Origin: an uncultured Flavobacteriaceae bacterium
GTDB taxonomy: Bacteria > Bacteroidota > Bacteroidia > Flavobacteriales > Flavobacteriaceae
Assembly: GCA_947494325.1 (NCBI GenBank)
Contig: CANLUS010000004.1
Span: forward strand, 223,321 to 287,320
Reading direction: 5' to 3'
Length of the DNA stretch: 64,000 bases
Shown: positions 49,002 to 59,465 of the stretch, one piece after another
Layout of the letters: each line of letters begins with the position of its first letter
How positions within the stretch are numbered: position 1 is the first letter of the stretch
Notes under the pieces: generated by a model
What the model was told of the DNA's origin: nothing
Databases searched by the model: none
What the model saw: only the letters and a program-made list of their open reading frames with translations
Position numbers and translations under genes: made by a program

Positions 49002-52000
49002 TTATTCTTCTAATCTAACGTCTAATCCAAGTCCTTTTAACTCGTGCATTAATACGTTAAATGATTCTGGTAATCCTGGTTCTGGCATTGGTTCTCCCTT
49101 CACGATAGACTCATACGTTTTAGCTCTACCTAATACGTCATCTGATTTTACCGTTAAGATCTCCCTCAATGTACTAGATGCTCCATAAGCCTCTAGTGCC
49201 CATACTTCCATCTCACCAAAACGTTGACCTCCAAACTGCGCTTTACCACCTAATGGTTGTTGTGTAATTAATGAATAAGGTCCGATAGAACGTGCATGCA
49301 TTTTATCTTCAATCATGTGACCTAACTTAATCATATAAATCACACCTACCGTTGCAGGCTGATCAAAACGCTCTCCTGTTCCTCCATCATACAAATAAGT
49401 ATGACCAAATTCTGGAACACCAGCTTTATCTGTTAATTCAGTAATTTCAGTAATAGAAGCTCCATCAAAAATTGGTGTTGCATATTTCTGACCTAAATTT
49501 TGACCTGCCCATCCAAGAACAGTTTCATAAATCTGGCCAATATTCATACGTGATGGTACACCTAATGGATTTAATACAATATCAACAGGGGTCCCGTCTT
49601 CTAGGAAAGGCATATCTTCTGCTCTTACAATACGAGCTACAATACCCTTGTTACCATGACGACCCGCCATTTTATCACCTACTTTTAGTTTACGTTTCTT
49701 AGCGATATAAACTTTCGCTAGTTTTACAATTCCTGCAGGTAATTCATCACCAACGGTTATCGTAAATTTCTCACGACGTAAAGAACCTTGTAAGTCACTA
49801 ACCTTTATTTTATAATTGTGAATTAATTCACTAATTAATCTATTTAACGCTTTATCGGTTGTCCAAACACCTTTTGTCAAGTGTTCGAAATCGTTTACTG
49901 CGTTCAACATTTTCAAAGTATACTTCTTACCTTTAGGAAGAATTTCTTCTCCTAAATCATTCAAAACTCCTTGAGCCGTTTTACCATTTACCAAGGTAAA
50001 CAGTTTATCCACTAAACGTTCTCTTAAGTCATTAAACTTTACCGTAAAATCAGCTTCTAATCTTGCTAATTCTTCTTTATCATGACTACGTTTCGCTTTA
50101 TCTTTAATTGTTCTCTGGAACAATTTTTTATTAATTACAACTCCTTTCAATGATGGCGATGCTTTTAATGATGCATCTTTTACATCACCTGCATTATCTC
50201 CAAAAATTGCACGTAATAATTTCTCTTCAGGTGTAGGATCAGATTCCCCTTTTGGTGTAATTTTTCCAATCAGAATATCTCCGGGCTTTACCTCTGCTCC
50301 AATACGAATCATTCCGTTTTCGTCAAGATCTTTAGTAGCTTCTTCCGAAACGTTAGGAATATCCGCCGTTAATTCTTCAGCTCCTAATTTAGTATCTCTT
50401 ACATCTAAAGAATATTCATCAATATGGATAGAAGTAAATACATCTTCTCTTACCACTCTTTCAGAAATTACAATTGCATCCTCAAAGTTATACCCTTTCC
50501 AAGGCATGAAGGCAACTTTCATATTTCTTCCAAGGGCTAATTCACCCTTTTCCGTTGCATATCCCTCACATAAAACTTGACCTTTCTTAACCTTGTCTCC
50601 TTTTTGTACAATTGGATGCAAGTTAATAGAAGTACCTTGATTCGTCTTTCTAAATTTAATGAGATTATAAGTCTTACTATCTGCATCAAAACTTACCAAC
50701 GTTTCATCTTTCGAACGTGTATATTTAATAGTAATATTATCAGAATCTACATATTCAACAACACCATCTCCTTCTGCATTGATCAAAATTCTTGAATCCG
50801 TTGCTACTCTACGCTCTAAACCTGTACCTACAATTGGAGACTCAGGTCTCATTAATGGTACCGCTTGACGCATCATATTCGATCCCATTAATGCACGGTT
50901 GGCATCATCATGTTCTAAGAAAGGAATCAACGAAGCTGAGATTGAAGAAATTTGATTTGGAGATACATCCATATAATCTACTTCTTCTGGAGCTACCAAT
51001 GGAAAATCTCCTTCTTCTCTCGCTACTACTTTATCTAATGTAATTTTACCTGATGCATCTAAATCTAAATTAGATTGAGCAATTTTCTTGCCTTCTTCCT
51101 CTTCAGCACTTAAATAAATAGGTTCTTTTGTTACATCAACTTTACCTTCTATAGATTGACGATACGGTGTTTCTATAAATCCTAAGTTATTCACTTTAGC
51201 ATATACTGCTAATGATGAAATTAAACCAATATTTGGCCCTTCAGGAGTTTCAATCGGACATAAACGGCCATAATGTGTATAGTGAACATCACGAACCTCG
51301 AAACCTGCTCTTTCTCTAGATAAACCTCCAGGTCCAAGTGCAGACAATCTTCTTTTATGTGTAATCTCTGCTAATGGATTCGTCTGATCCATAAATTGAG
51401 AGAGTTGATTTGTACCAAAGAAAGAATTAATAACTGAAGATAAGGTCTTCGCATTAATTAAATCAATTGGTGTAAATACTTCATTATCACGAACATTCAT
51501 TCGTTCACGAATGGTACGAGCCATACGAGAAAGACCTACTCCAAACTGACTTGCTAACTGCTCTCCAACAGTTCTTACACGACGATTCGATAAGTGATCA
51601 ATATCATCAACTTCTGCCTTAGAATTAACTAATTTAATTAAGTTCTTGATAATCGTAATAATATCTTCCTTTGTTAAAACGCGTTGATCAATATCAACAT
51701 TCAATTCTAACTTTTTATTCATTCTGTAACGTCCAACCTCTCCTAAGTTATAACGTTGTTCTGAGAAAAATAATTTATTGATAATACCTTTTGCCGTTTC
51801 ATAATCTGGCGGCTCAGCATTACGTAATTGACGATATATATGTTCTACTGCTTCTTTTTCAGAATTCGTAGGATCCTTTTGTAACGTATTATGAATGATT
51901 GCATAATCACCCATATTATTATCTTCTTTGTGCAACAAAATTGTTTTAGATCCAGCTTCAACTATTTCCTCAATATGTTCTTTATCAAGAATCGTATCTC

Positions 52001-52817
52001 TGTCTAAAATAATCTCATTACGTTCAATAGAAACTACCTCACCTGTATCTTCATCAACAAAATCCTCATGCCAGGTTTTTAAAACCCTTGCTGCTAATTT
52101 TCGTCCTAATACTTTCTTTATTCCACTTTTAGATACTTTTACTTCATCTGCTAAGTCGAATATCTCTAAAATATCTTTATCTCTTTCAAAACCAATTGCT
52201 CTAAATAATGTAGTAACAGGTAGCTTTTTCTTTCTATCAATATAAGCATACATTACCTGATTGATATCTGTAGCAAATTCAATCCAAGATCCTTTAAAAG
52301 GAATAACTCTTGCAGAATATAATTTTGTTCCATTTGCATGGAATGACTGACCAAAGAAAACTCCTGGTGAACGGTGTAATTGAGAAACAACTACTCTTTC
52401 TGCACCATTGATTACAAACGTACCACTATGTGTCATATAAGGAATAACACCTAAATACACATCTTGTACAATTGTTTCAAAATCTTCATGCTCTGGATCA
52501 GTACAGTACAATTTTAAGCGCGCCTTTAAAGGAACACTATACGTTAGACCTCTTTCGATACATTCTTGAATAGAATATCTTGGAGGATCTACGAAGTAAT
52601 CAATAAACTCTAAAATGAACTGATTACGTGTATCTGTAATTGGGAAATTATCTGAGAACGTTTTAAATAAACCTTCTTCACTTCTTTCATCGGTCTTGGT
52701 TTCTAATTGAAAAAAATCTTGAAAAGATTTTACTTGAATATCCAAGAAATCTGGATAATCTGTAATTAGTTTAGCTGATGCGAAGTTTACTCTTTCAATA
52801 CTAGTTATTGTCGACAA
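49002..52817 (-). CDS. rpoB: DNA-directed RNA polymerase subunit beta
   Basis: 1271 aa; conserved rifampicin-cluster region and [13 protein letters not shown] near C-terminus. Confidence 0.98.
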   Translation of the reverse strand: MSTITSIERVNFASAKLITDYPDFLDIQVKSFQDFFQLETKTDERSEEGLFKTFSDNFPITDTRNQFILEFIDYFVDPPRYSIQECIERGLTYSVPLKARLKLYCTDPEHEDFETIVQDVYLGVIPYMTHSGTFVINGAERVVVSQLHRSPGVFFGQSFHANGTKLYSARVIPFKGSWIEFATDINQVMYAYIDRKKKLPVTTLFRAIGFERDKDILEIFDLADEVKVSKSGIKKVLGRKLAARVLKTWHEDFVDEDTGEVVSIERNEIILDRDTILDKEHIEEIVEAGSKTILLHKEDNNMGDYAIIHNTLQKDPTNSEKEAVEHIYRQLRNAEPPDYETAKGIINKLFFSEQRYNLGEVGRYRMNKKLELNVDIDQRVLTKEDIITIIKNLIKLVNSKAEVDDIDHLSNRRVRTVGEQLASQFGVGLSRMARTIRERMNVRDNEVFTPIDLINAKTLSSVINSFFGTNQLSQFMDQTNPLAEITHKRRLSALGPGGLSRERAGFEVRDVHYTHYGRLCPIETPEGPNIGLISSLAVYAKVNNLGFIETPYRQSIEGKVDVTKEPIYLSAEEEEGKKIAQSNLDLDASGKITLDKVVAREEGDFPLVAPEEVDYMDVSPNQISSISASLIPFLEHDDANRALMGSNMMRQAVPLMRPESPIVGTGLERRVATDSRILINAEGDGVVEYVDSDNITIKYTRSKDETLVSFDADSKTYNLIKFRKTNQGTSINLHPIVQKGDKVKKGQVLCEGYATEKGELALGRNMKVAFMPWKGYNFEDAIVISERVVREDVFTSIHIDEYSLDVRDTKLGAEELTADIPNVSEEATKDLDENGMIRIGAEVKPGDILIGKITPKGESDPTPEEKLLRAIFGDNAGDVKDASLKASPSLKGVVINKKLFQRTIKDKAKRSHDKEELARLEADFTVKFNDLRERLVDKLFTLVNGKTAQGVLNDLGEEILPKGKKYTLKMLNAVNDFEHLTKGVWTTDKALNRLISELIHNYKIKVSDLQGSLRREKFTITVGDELPAGIVKLAKVYIAKKRKLKVGDKMAGRHGNKGIVARIVRAEDMPFLEDGTPVDIVLNPLGVPSRMNIGQIYETVLGWAGQNLGQKYATPIFDGASITEITELTDKAGVPEFGHTYLYDGGTGERFDQPATVGVIYMIKLGHMIEDKMHARSIGPYSLITQQPLGGKAQFGGQRFGEMEVWALEAYGASSTLREILTVKSDDVLGRAKTYESIVKGEPMPEPGLPESFNVLMHELKGLGLDVRLEE

Positions 52818-52880
52818 TGGAGAAAATTTTTAATTAAAAAAACCTATTCTTTTAGAAAAGAATGAATATATACACAAAAT

Positions 52881-52918
52881 GGTTTAGGTCATTTGGATGT
52901 ATTCCAAAGACCTAAACC
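52881..52918 (-). terminator. rplL-rpoB intergenic stem-loop (attenuator-like)
   Basis: 10-bp perfect inverted repeat GGTTTAGGTC...GACCTAAACC with an 18-nt loop, between rplL stop and rpoB start. Confidence 0.55.
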
Positions 52919-52963
52919 TCAATTGTTTAACCCAATTTCGAATTATCGAAAAAGGGCTTAAGC

Positions 52964-53338
52964 TTACTTAAGTTCTACCTCAGCGCCAGCTTCTTCTAAA
53001 GATTTTTTAAGACCTTCAGCCTCATCTTTAGCTACACCTTCCTTAATTGCGCTTGGAGCATCATCAACCAATCCTTTAGCCTCTTTAAGACCTAAACCAG
53101 TTAATTCTTTTACTAATTTTACTACAGCTAATTTAGAACCACCTGCTGCTTTTAAGATTACATCAAATTCTGTTTTCTCTTCAGCTGCATCGCCTCCACC
53201 TGCTGCTGGTCCTGCCACTGCAACTGCTGCTGCTGCTGGCTCGATACCATACTCATCTTTTAAGATATTTGCTAATTCATTAACTTCTTTTACCGTTAAG
53301 TTAACTAATTGTTCTGCGAAATCTTTTAACTCTGCCAT
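52964..53338 (-). CDS. rplL: 50S ribosomal protein L7/L12
   Basis: 124 aa; Ala-rich flexible hinge and conserved C-terminal domain. Confidence 0.97.
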   Translation of the reverse strand: MAELKDFAEQLVNLTVKEVNELANILKDEYGIEPAAAAVAVAGPAAGGGDAAEEKTEFDVILKAAGGSKLAVVKLVKELTGLGLKEAKGLVDDAPSAIKEGVAKDEAEGLKKSLEEAGAEVELK

Positions 53339-53385
53339 TACTATTTGTTTTAAAAATTTTATTATTTAGTTTATTTGTGTGTGTA

Positions 53386-53901
53386 TTATTTTTCTGATAA
53401 TGTTGTTAAGATTCCAGAAATTGTACTTCCTCCAGATTTCAATGCTGAAACAACATTTTTAGCTGGTGATTGTAAAATGGTAATAATCTCACCGATCAAT
53501 TCTTCTTTAGACTTAATATTTACTAGGGCATCTAGCTGATCATCGCCAACATAGACAGACTCTTCAATATACGCTCCTTTAAGAACTGGTTTGTCAGATT
53601 TCTTACGGAATTCCTTAATAACTTTTGCCGGAGCATTACCAGTTTCTGAAATCATTAAAGACGTATTGCCTTTTAATGTTTCTGGTAACTCTCCAAAATC
53701 TTTATCAGTTTGTTCCATTGCTTTCGAAAGCAATGTGTTTTTAACAACTGCCAATTTTACGTTTGCTTTAAAGCAAGCTCTACGTAAATTTGATGTACTT
53801 ACTGCATCTAAACCTGAGATATCAGCTAGATAAATAGTACTACCTTCAGTTAATTGGCTTGTTAAATCTTTTATTATAATTGATTTTTCTTCTCTAGTCA
53901 T
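53386..53901 (-). CDS. rplJ: 50S ribosomal protein L10
   Basis: 171 aa; position between rplA and rplL; L10-like sequence. Confidence 0.95.
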   Translation of the reverse strand: MTREEKSIIIKDLTSQLTEGSTIYLADISGLDAVSTSNLRRACFKANVKLAVVKNTLLSKAMEQTDKDFGELPETLKGNTSLMISETGNAPAKVIKEFRKKSDKPVLKGAYIEESVYVGDDQLDALVNIKSKEELIGEIITILQSPAKNVVSALKSGGSTISGILTTLSEK

Positions 53902-53920
53902 AATTCTGAGTTTAACTTGC

Positions 53921-54616
53921 TTAAATTGCTACTGATTTAGCATCTATTTCTATACTAGGGCTCATGGTACTAGACATATAAATACTCTTTACATACGTAC
54001 CTTTAGCTGTATTTGGCTTTAGTTTCATGATAGTTTGTAACAGTTCTTGGGCATTCCCTTCAATTTTATCAGCATCAAAAGACGCTTTACCAATTGAGGC
54101 ATGTATAATACCTGTTTTATCTACTTTGAAATCAATTTTACCACCTTTTACATCTTTAACAGCTTTTGCTACATCCATAGTAACTGTACCAGTTTTTGGG
54201 TTAGGCATTAAACCTCTTGGTCCTAAAACTCGACCTAAAGGACCTAATTTACCCATTATACTTGGCATTGTTACTATCACGTCAACATCTGTCCAACCTG
54301 CTTTTATTTTTGCAAGGTATTCATCTAAACCTACGTAATCTGCACCAGCTGCTGTCACTTCTGCTTCTTTGTCAGGAGTTACTAACGCCAATACTTTTAC
54401 TGATTTACCGGTTCCATGAGGTAATGTTACTACTCCACGTACCATTTGATCTGCTTTTCTAGGATCAACTCCTAATCTTACAGCTAGATCAACAGAAGCG
54501 TCAAACTTCATGTTCGATACTTCTTTCACCAAAGCAGCAGCATCTGCTATTGAGTATGCCTTTGTAGCATCTACCTTAGCTCTTGCTTCTTTTTGCTTTT
54601 TAGTTATTTTTGCCAT
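53921..54616 (-). CDS. rplA: 50S ribosomal protein L1
   Basis: 231 aa; L1 motifs and operon context. Confidence 0.96.
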   Translation of the reverse strand: MAKITKKQKEARAKVDATKAYSIADAAALVKEVSNMKFDASVDLAVRLGVDPRKADQMVRGVVTLPHGTGKSVKVLALVTPDKEAEVTAAGADYVGLDEYLAKIKAGWTDVDVIVTMPSIMGKLGPLGRVLGPRGLMPNPKTGTVTMDVAKAVKDVKGGKIDFKVDKTGIIHASIGKASFDADKIEGNAQELLQTIMKLKPNTAKGTYVKSIYMSSTMSPSIEIDAKSVAI

Positions 54617-54636
54617 CTTCTATAAAATTATAAAGT

Positions 54637-55074
54637 TTAAACAGGAGCATTTCCTTTTACCTTGATACCCATTGATCTCGCAGTACCTGCCATCATTTTC
54701 ATTGCTGATTCAATAGTAAATGCATTTAAATCTACCATTTTATCTTCTGCAATAACTTTCAATTGATCCCAAGTAACTGTAGCAACCTTCTTACGATTTG
54801 GTTCCCCAGATCCTTTCTTTACTTTAGCTGCTTCTAAAATTTGTACCGCTGCTGGTGGAGTCTTAATAACAAAATCAAATGATTTGTCCTTATAAACTGT
54901 AATAGCTACCGGTAAAACTTTGCCTGGTTTATCTTGAGTTCTCGCATTAAATTGCTTACAGAACTCCATGATGTTAACTCCGGCAGCACCCAAAGCAGGT
55001 CCAACAGGTGGCGAAGGATTTGCTGCACCTCCGCGAACTTGTAATTTTACAACCTTACTAATCTCTTTTGCCAT
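54637..55074 (-). CDS. rplK: 50S ribosomal protein L11
   Basis: 145 aa; PPVGPALG motif ([24 protein letters not shown]). Confidence 0.97.
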   Translation of the reverse strand: MAKEISKVVKLQVRGGAANPSPPVGPALGAAGVNIMEFCKQFNARTQDKPGKVLPVAITVYKDKSFDFVIKTPPAAVQILEAAKVKKGSGEPNRKKVATVTWDQLKVIAEDKMVDLNAFTIESAMKMMAGTARSMGIKVKGNAPV

Positions 55075-55138
55075 TTTTCAAACTTTGAATTTAGATGTAT
55101 AAATGTGGAAGCATTTATATATCCTAAATATGTAACAT

Positions 55139-55696
55139 TTATGAAATTTTCTCTACTTGCATATAACTCAATTCTAATGGTGTTTTTCTACCGAAAATTT
55201 TCACCATCACTTCAAGCTTACGCTTCTCTTCGTTAATTTTTTCTATTGTACCGTCGAACCCGTTAAAAGGACCGTCGATCACTTTAACTGTTTCTCCAAT
55301 CACATACGGAATCGCAACATTCTCATTCTGCACCGCTAACTCATCTACCTTACCTAACATTCTGTTCACTTCAGATTTACGTAACGGTACGGGATCCCCT
55401 CCTTTAGTTTCACCTAAAAAACCAATTACACCAGTAACTGATTTTATTACGTGTGGTAATTCGCCACTTAAATTGGCCTCTACCATTATATAACCCGGAA
55501 AATAAACACGTTCTTTATTTATTTTTTTTCCGTTTCTTATTTGAATTACTTTTTCTGTAGGTACTAATACTTGATCAACATAATCTGATAATCCTAAACG
55601 AGAAACTTCATTCTCAATATAGGTCTTTACCTTATTTTCTTGTCCACCTATAGCTCTAACAACATACCACTTCTTAACAGAATCAGCCATATTCAA
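55139..55696 (-). CDS. nusG: transcription termination/antitermination factor NusG
   Basis: 185 aa; NGN domain (KKWYVVRAIGGQENKV) and C-terminal KOW (GETVKVIDGPFNGFDGTIEKI). Confidence 0.95.
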   Translation of the reverse strand: MNMADSVKKWYVVRAIGGQENKVKTYIENEVSRLGLSDYVDQVLVPTEKVIQIRNGKKINKERVYFPGYIMVEANLSGELPHVIKSVTGVIGFLGETKGGDPVPLRKSEVNRMLGKVDELAVQNENVAIPYVIGETVKVIDGPFNGFDGTIEKINEEKRKLEVMVKIFGRKTPLELSYMQVEKIS

Positions 55697-55699
55697 TTA

Positions 55700-55891
55700 T
55701 TATTTAAATAAATTAAAATATTGTTCCAACCCAAGTTGAAATACTTTATCAACTAAAAACACAGCCAATGCAAATAACACTGTAAATATTGCTACCACAA
55801 CTGTTGACTTTTGTGCTTCAGACATAGGTATCCAAGTCACCTGTGAACTCAGTTCTTGAAATGATTCTTTGAAATACTTTATCATACCCAT
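55700..55891 (-). CDS. secE: preprotein translocase subunit SecE
   Basis: Track ORF 55700..55963 runs into tRNA-Trp; true start is MGMIKYF... (55891) giving a ~64-aa single-TM SecE. Confidence 0.85.
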   Translation of the reverse strand: MGMIKYFKESFQELSSQVTWIPMSEAQKSTVVVAIFTVLFALAVFLVDKVFQLGLEQYFNLFK

Positions 55892-55905
55892 TATTTTTTT
55901 TAATG

Positions 55906-55978
55906 CACGGGTGGAGAGACTCGAACTCCCGACACCCGGTTTTGGAGACCGGTGCTCTACCAACTGAGCTACACCCGT
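55906..55978 (-). tRNA. tRNA-Trp (anticodon CCA)
   Basis: Minus-strand ACGGGTGTAGCTCAGTTGGTAGAGC...CTCCAAAAC...GGTTCGAGTCTCTCCACCCGTG; anticodon loop cuCCAaa; T-loop GTTCGAGTC; acceptor stems pair. Confidence 0.9.
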
Positions 55979-55980
55979 AT

Positions 55981-56015
55981 AGAATATAAGGTGCTTCTCT
56001 TTTCAAAGAAGCACC
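55981..56015 (-). terminator. hairpin downstream of tuf
   Basis: GGTGCTTCT-cttttcaa-AGAAGCACC inverted repeat 35 nt after the tuf stop, followed by a U-rich stretch on the minus strand. Confidence 0.5.
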
Positions 56016-56050
56016 TATCTATATATTTAACTAATAAATTTAGGTGTGCC

Positions 56051-57235
56051 TTATAAAATTTCAGTTACCTGACCAGCACCTACAGTTCTACCACCCTCAC
56101 GGATTGCAAAACGTAAACCTACGTTCATTGCAATTGGTTGATGTAAATCTACAGTAATAGTTAAGTTATCACCTGGCATAACCATTTCAACACCACTAGG
56201 TAAATTAATAGTACCTGTTACATCTGTAGTTCTTACATAGAACTGTGGACGATAGTTGTTATGGAATGGTGTGTGACGACCACCTTCTTCTTTCTTTAAG
56301 ATATAAACCTCAGCTTTGAATTTATCATGTGGAGTTACTGAACCTGGCTTACAGATTACCATACCTCTTTTGATATCAGTTTTTTCAATACCTCTTAATA
56401 AGATACCTACGTTATCTCCAGCTTCACCTCTATCTAATATTTTACGGAACATTTCAACACCAGTAATTGTAGAAGTTAATTTCTCAGCTCCCATACCGAT
56501 AATATCAACACCATCTCCAGTATTAGCAACACCAGTTTCGATACGACCTGTAGCTACAGTTCCACGACCAGTAATTGAGAATACATCTTCGATTGGCATT
56601 AAGAAATCTTTCTCAACATCACGTTTTGGCAATTCGATCCAGTTATCTACAGCTTCCATCAATTCCATAATAGAATCAACCCATTTTTGCTCACCGTTTA
56701 ATCCACCTAAAGCAGAACCAGCAATTACAGGACCATTGTCACCATCATATTCATAGAAAGAAAGTAATTCTCTAACTTCCATTTCTACTAATTCTAATAG
56801 CTCTTCATCATCAACCATATCTACTTTATTCATAAATACAACGATACGAGGAATACCTACCTGACGACCTAATAAGATGTGCTCACGAGTTTGAGGCATA
56901 GGGCCATCAGTAGCAGCAACAACTAAAATAGCACCATCCATTTGAGCAGCACCAGTTACCATGTTCTTTACGTAATCCGCGTGACCAGGACAGTCAACGT
57001 GTGCGTAATGACGATTAGCAGTTGAATACTCAACGTGAGATGTATTAATTGTAATACCTCTTTCTTTTTCTTCAGGAGCGTTATCGATTGAATCGAAATC
57101 TCTCTTTTCAGATAAACCAGCATTCGCTAAAACAGTTGTGATAGCAGCAGTTAAGGTAGTTTTACCGTGATCTACGTGTCCAATAGTACCGATGTTTAAG
57201 TGCGGTTTCGAACGATCAAAAGTTTCTTTTGCCAT
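56051..57235 (-). CDS. tuf: elongation factor Tu
   Basis: 394 aa; [22 protein letters not shown] motifs. Confidence 0.99.
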   Translation of the reverse strand: MAKETFDRSKPHLNIGTIGHVDHGKTTLTAAITTVLANAGLSEKRDFDSIDNAPEEKERGITINTSHVEYSTANRHYAHVDCPGHADYVKNMVTGAAQMDGAILVVAATDGPMPQTREHILLGRQVGIPRIVVFMNKVDMVDDEELLELVEMEVRELLSFYEYDGDNGPVIAGSALGGLNGEQKWVDSIMELMEAVDNWIELPKRDVEKDFLMPIEDVFSITGRGTVATGRIETGVANTGDGVDIIGMGAEKLTSTITGVEMFRKILDRGEAGDNVGILLRGIEKTDIKRGMVICKPGSVTPHDKFKAEVYILKKEEGGRHTPFHNNYRPQFYVRTTDVTGTINLPSGVEMVMPGDNLTITVDLHQPIAMNVGLRFAIREGGRTVGAGQVTEIL

Positions 57236-57290
57236 GATTATTTAATTTTAAATCTTAGTTATATATATATTTAATGTATTCTATGTTATT

Positions 57291-57364
57291 TGAGCCAATG
57301 ACGGGAATTGAACCCGTGACCTCTTCCTTACCAAGGAAACGCTCTACCCCTGAGCTACACCGGC
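57291..57364 (-). tRNA. tRNA-Thr (anticodon GGT)
   Basis: Minus-strand GCCGGTGTAGCTCAGGGGTAGAGC...cuuGGUaagg anticodon loop...ACGGGTTCAATTCCCGT T-arm. Confidence 0.88.
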
Positions 57365-57420
57365 GTAAAGTGCTGATTTTCTTTTACAGGAAAAGATGCC
57401 TGCCTTCGCAGGAAAATTTG

Positions 57421-57493
57421 AGCGAGAGACCGGGTTCGAACCGGCGACATTCAGCTTGGAAGGCTGACGCTCTACCAACTGAGCTACTCTCGC
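57421..57493 (-). tRNA. tRNA-Gly (anticodon TCC)
   Basis: Minus-strand GCGAGAGTAGCTCAGTTGGTAGAGC...ccuUCCaag...CCGGTTCGAACCCGG...CTCTCGC; acceptor stem perfect. Confidence 0.9.
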
Positions 57494-57547
57494 GAATTAT
57501 TCAAAAATTAAAATTTTTGAGTTGATATTTTTCATGTTGAAATTATG

Positions 57548-57630
57548 TGGGGAGAGCAGGATTCGAACCTACGAAGTCGAAAGACAGCGGAGTTACAGTC
57601 CGCCCCAGTTGGCCGCTTTGGTATCTCCCC
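57548..57630 (-). tRNA. tRNA-Tyr (anticodon GTA)
   Basis: Minus-strand GGGGAGATACCAAAGCGG...gacuGUAacuc...long variable arm...GGTTCGAATCC...TCTCCCC; 83 nt, class II tRNA. Confidence 0.9.
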
Positions 57631-57691
57631 AACAATATGTTTCTTCAAAGAACTTGTCTACTTTTTTACGGTAAACTTCTAATTTATTACG

Positions 57692-57765
57692 AGCCGATGG
57701 AGGGACTCGAACCCACGACCTGCTGATTACAAATCAGCTGCTCTAGCCAGCTGAGCTACATCGGC
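57692..57765 (-). tRNA. tRNA-Thr (anticodon TGT)
   Basis: Minus-strand GCCGATGTAGCTCAGCTGGCTAGAGC...gauuUGUaauc...GGGTTCGAGTCCC...CATCGGC. Confidence 0.88.
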
Positions 57766-57783
57766 TTTTTTACGCTGTTTTTT

Positions 57784-57817
57784 AAACAAAAAACAAACCG
57801 CTATTTCTAACGGTTTG
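57784..57817 (-). terminator. rho-independent terminator after hpf
   Basis: Minus-strand CAAACCG-uuagaaauag-CGGUUUG followed by U6. Confidence 0.65.
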
Positions 57818-57876
57818 CAAATGTATAAAGTTTTATTTTTTCTACAAAACTTTTTAAGCTTATTTTCAAAAAAATA

Positions 57877-58182
57877 TTAGTTAGAATATGCTCGTAGTTT
57901 TTCTTTCCTTTTATTTAACTGTCTTTTTAAAGAATCGATAGCATTATCTATACCTTCTTCAAAAGATTTACACTGCTTTTTAACGATCAATTCATCTCCT
58001 GGAATATTCACTTTTATTTCAGTAATCTTATTTTCTTTTTCACTCGTATTTTGAACTTTTAAATAAACATCTGTTCCTATAAACTTATCATAATATTTAT
58101 CTAAACCACCAACTTTATTTTCTATAAAGTCTACTAACTTTCTATCTACATTAAAATTTACTGACTGCACATTTACTTTCAT
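57877..58182 (-). CDS. hpf: ribosome hibernation promoting factor (short HPF/RaiA)
   Basis: 101 aa; MKVNVQSVNFNVDRKLVDFIENKVGGLDKYYDK... typical HPF; 4-nt overlap with the upstream recombinase stop. Confidence 0.9.
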   Translation of the reverse strand: MKVNVQSVNFNVDRKLVDFIENKVGGLDKYYDKFIGTDVYLKVQNTSEKENKITEIKVNIPGDELIVKKQCKSFEEGIDNAIDSLKRQLNKRKEKLRAYSN

Positions 58183-59075
58183 AAGTTTTCGTTTTTAGCG
58201 CTCCTTGGATGAGCTTGGTTATATACTTGTTTTAATTCCTTCAAACTACTGTTGATGTAGACTTGGGTAGAAGCTAAACTTGAGTGTCCTAATAATTCCT
58301 TCACCGAATTCAAATCAGCCCCCTCATTCAACAAGTGTGTAGCAAAAGAATGCCTTATTACATGAGGACTCTTTTTTACTTTTGAAGAGACCGTACTAAA
58401 ATAACCATTTATTATTCTATAAACAAGAGTTCCGTATATTTTCTTTCCTTTTTCCGTTACGAAAAGATACTTGTTTTCGGCATAGTGATCACTTCTTAAT
58501 ACTAAATATCTTTGCAAGGTTTCTTGTACCGATTTCAATAAGGGAATAAATCGTTCTTTATTTCTCTTGCCCAATACTTTCACCGTCTCTTTGGTAAGAT
58601 CAATATCAACTATCTCTAAATTTATAAGTTCGGATCGTCGCATACCTGTAGAGTAAAACATCTCTACAATCAAGCGATTACGCAACGATTTAAAATCAGA
58701 CTCATCACTTAATCCTAGAATGACATCGTTAATTTCGGTTCCAGAAAACGGAACTTGTACACGTTTGCCAACTTTCAATGCTTTATGCTTCATTAAAGGG
58801 CTTTCGCTAATCTGCTTCGATTTTAATAAGAATTTATAAAAGGCTTTCAAAGAGCTCACTTTTCTGTTGATACTCCTGTTAGATATGCCCGCATCAACGA
58901 GTGAGACAATCCATGAACGAATTTGAGAATAATGAATAGTTGTCAAGTCATCACTATCAAAATGAGTATCACAAAATAATTGAAAAGAGGAAATATCATC
59001 TTGATAGGCTTTTGCCGTATGGGGAGAGTATTTTTTCTCTAAAGAGATGTATTCTAAAAAAGAATGTATAGGCAT
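58179..59075 (-). CDS. xerC: tyrosine site-specific recombinase XerC/XerD family
   Basis: Track ORF starts at TTG 59096; likely start is ATG 59075 (MPIHSFLEYISLEKKYSPHTAKAYQDD). C-terminal catalytic R...HxxR...Y (VIRHSFATHLL, LGHSSLASTQVY). Conserved xerC-hpf-tRNA-tuf neighbourhood. Confidence 0.88.
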   Translation of the reverse strand: MPIHSFLEYISLEKKYSPHTAKAYQDDISSFQLFCDTHFDSDDLTTIHYSQIRSWIVSLVDAGISNRSINRKVSSLKAFYKFLLKSKQISESPLMKHKALKVGKRVQVPFSGTEINDVILGLSDESDFKSLRNRLIVEMFYSTGMRRSELINLEIVDIDLTKETVKVLGKRNKERFIPLLKSVQETLQRYLVLRSDHYAENKYLFVTEKGKKIYGTLVYRIINGYFSTVSSKVKKSPHVIRHSFATHLLNEGADLNSVKELLGHSSLASTQVYINSSLKELKQVYNQAHPRSAKNENL

Positions 59076-59080
59076 GAAAA

Positions 59081-59129
59081 AACCGTTAGTAAACAAAGTT
59101 AATAATTGTCTTTGTATAAACTAACGGTT
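59081..59129 (-). terminator. rpsU terminator: nested stem-loop abutting xerC start
   Basis: AACCGTTAGT...ACTAACGGTT 10-bp inverted repeat with inner ACAAAG/CTTTGT pair. On the minus strand it is followed by U6 then the xerC ATG (GGUUUUUUCAUG). Confidence 0.6.
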
Positions 59130-59158
59130 CTATTTATTATTTCGAGAATAAAGTTTGT

Positions 59159-59350
59159 TTATTCTTCACTTGCTTTTAAACCTTGCACGTATTGTGCTTT
59201 CTGAACTTGCTTACGCTTGCTCACAGAAGGTTTTGTAAAGTGCTTGCGCTCACGCAACTGCTTCATAGTTTTAGTTCTGTCGAATTTTCTTTTAAAACGT
59301 TTTAACGCTCTATCGATATTCTCACCATCTTTTACTGGTATGATTAACAT
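59159..59350 (-). CDS. rpsU: 30S ribosomal protein S21
   Basis: 63 aa; MLIIPVKDGENIDRALKRFKRKFDRTKTMKQLRERKHFTKPS typical S21. Confidence 0.95.
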   Translation of the reverse strand: MLIIPVKDGENIDRALKRFKRKFDRTKTMKQLRERKHFTKPSVSKRKQVQKAQYVQGLKASEE

Positions 59351-59465
59351 TGTATAGCACCTCCCTTCATATGTTCTATTTTATTTGTTTTGGGCTGCAA
59401 ATATACAAAGATATTTTATAGTACCAATAGTTCATACATTTAATTTATAATGTATTTTAGCATAA

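Noticed and set aside
44650-52817. Multiple 60-150-aa ORFs antisense within rpoC and rpoB (e.g. 45407..45619, 46886..47158, 47942..48388, 50577..51043, 51928..52245)
   Set aside because: They are embedded in highly conserved, well-supported RNAP genes. These are typical shadow ORFs with no independent signals.
55818-56006. 62-aa ORF and the long N-terminal extension of secE (55892..55963)
   Set aside because: Both overlap tRNA-Trp (55906..55978). secE should start at MGMIKYF (55891).
57274-57525. 83-aa + strand ORF (MYSMLFEPMTGIEPVTS...)
   Set aside because: It spans and is antisense to tRNA-Thr and tRNA-Gly. The sequence is explained by the tRNA genes.
58179-59096. Tyrosine recombinase next to a tRNA cluster: possible integrase of an integrated element or genomic island
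   Set aside because: No flanking direct repeats, phage or IS genes. xerC-hpf-tRNA(Thr-Tyr-Gly-Thr)-tuf-tRNA-Trp-secE-nusG is a conserved core arrangement, and the downstream genes are ribosomal/RNAP. Treated as the housekeeping Xer recombinase.
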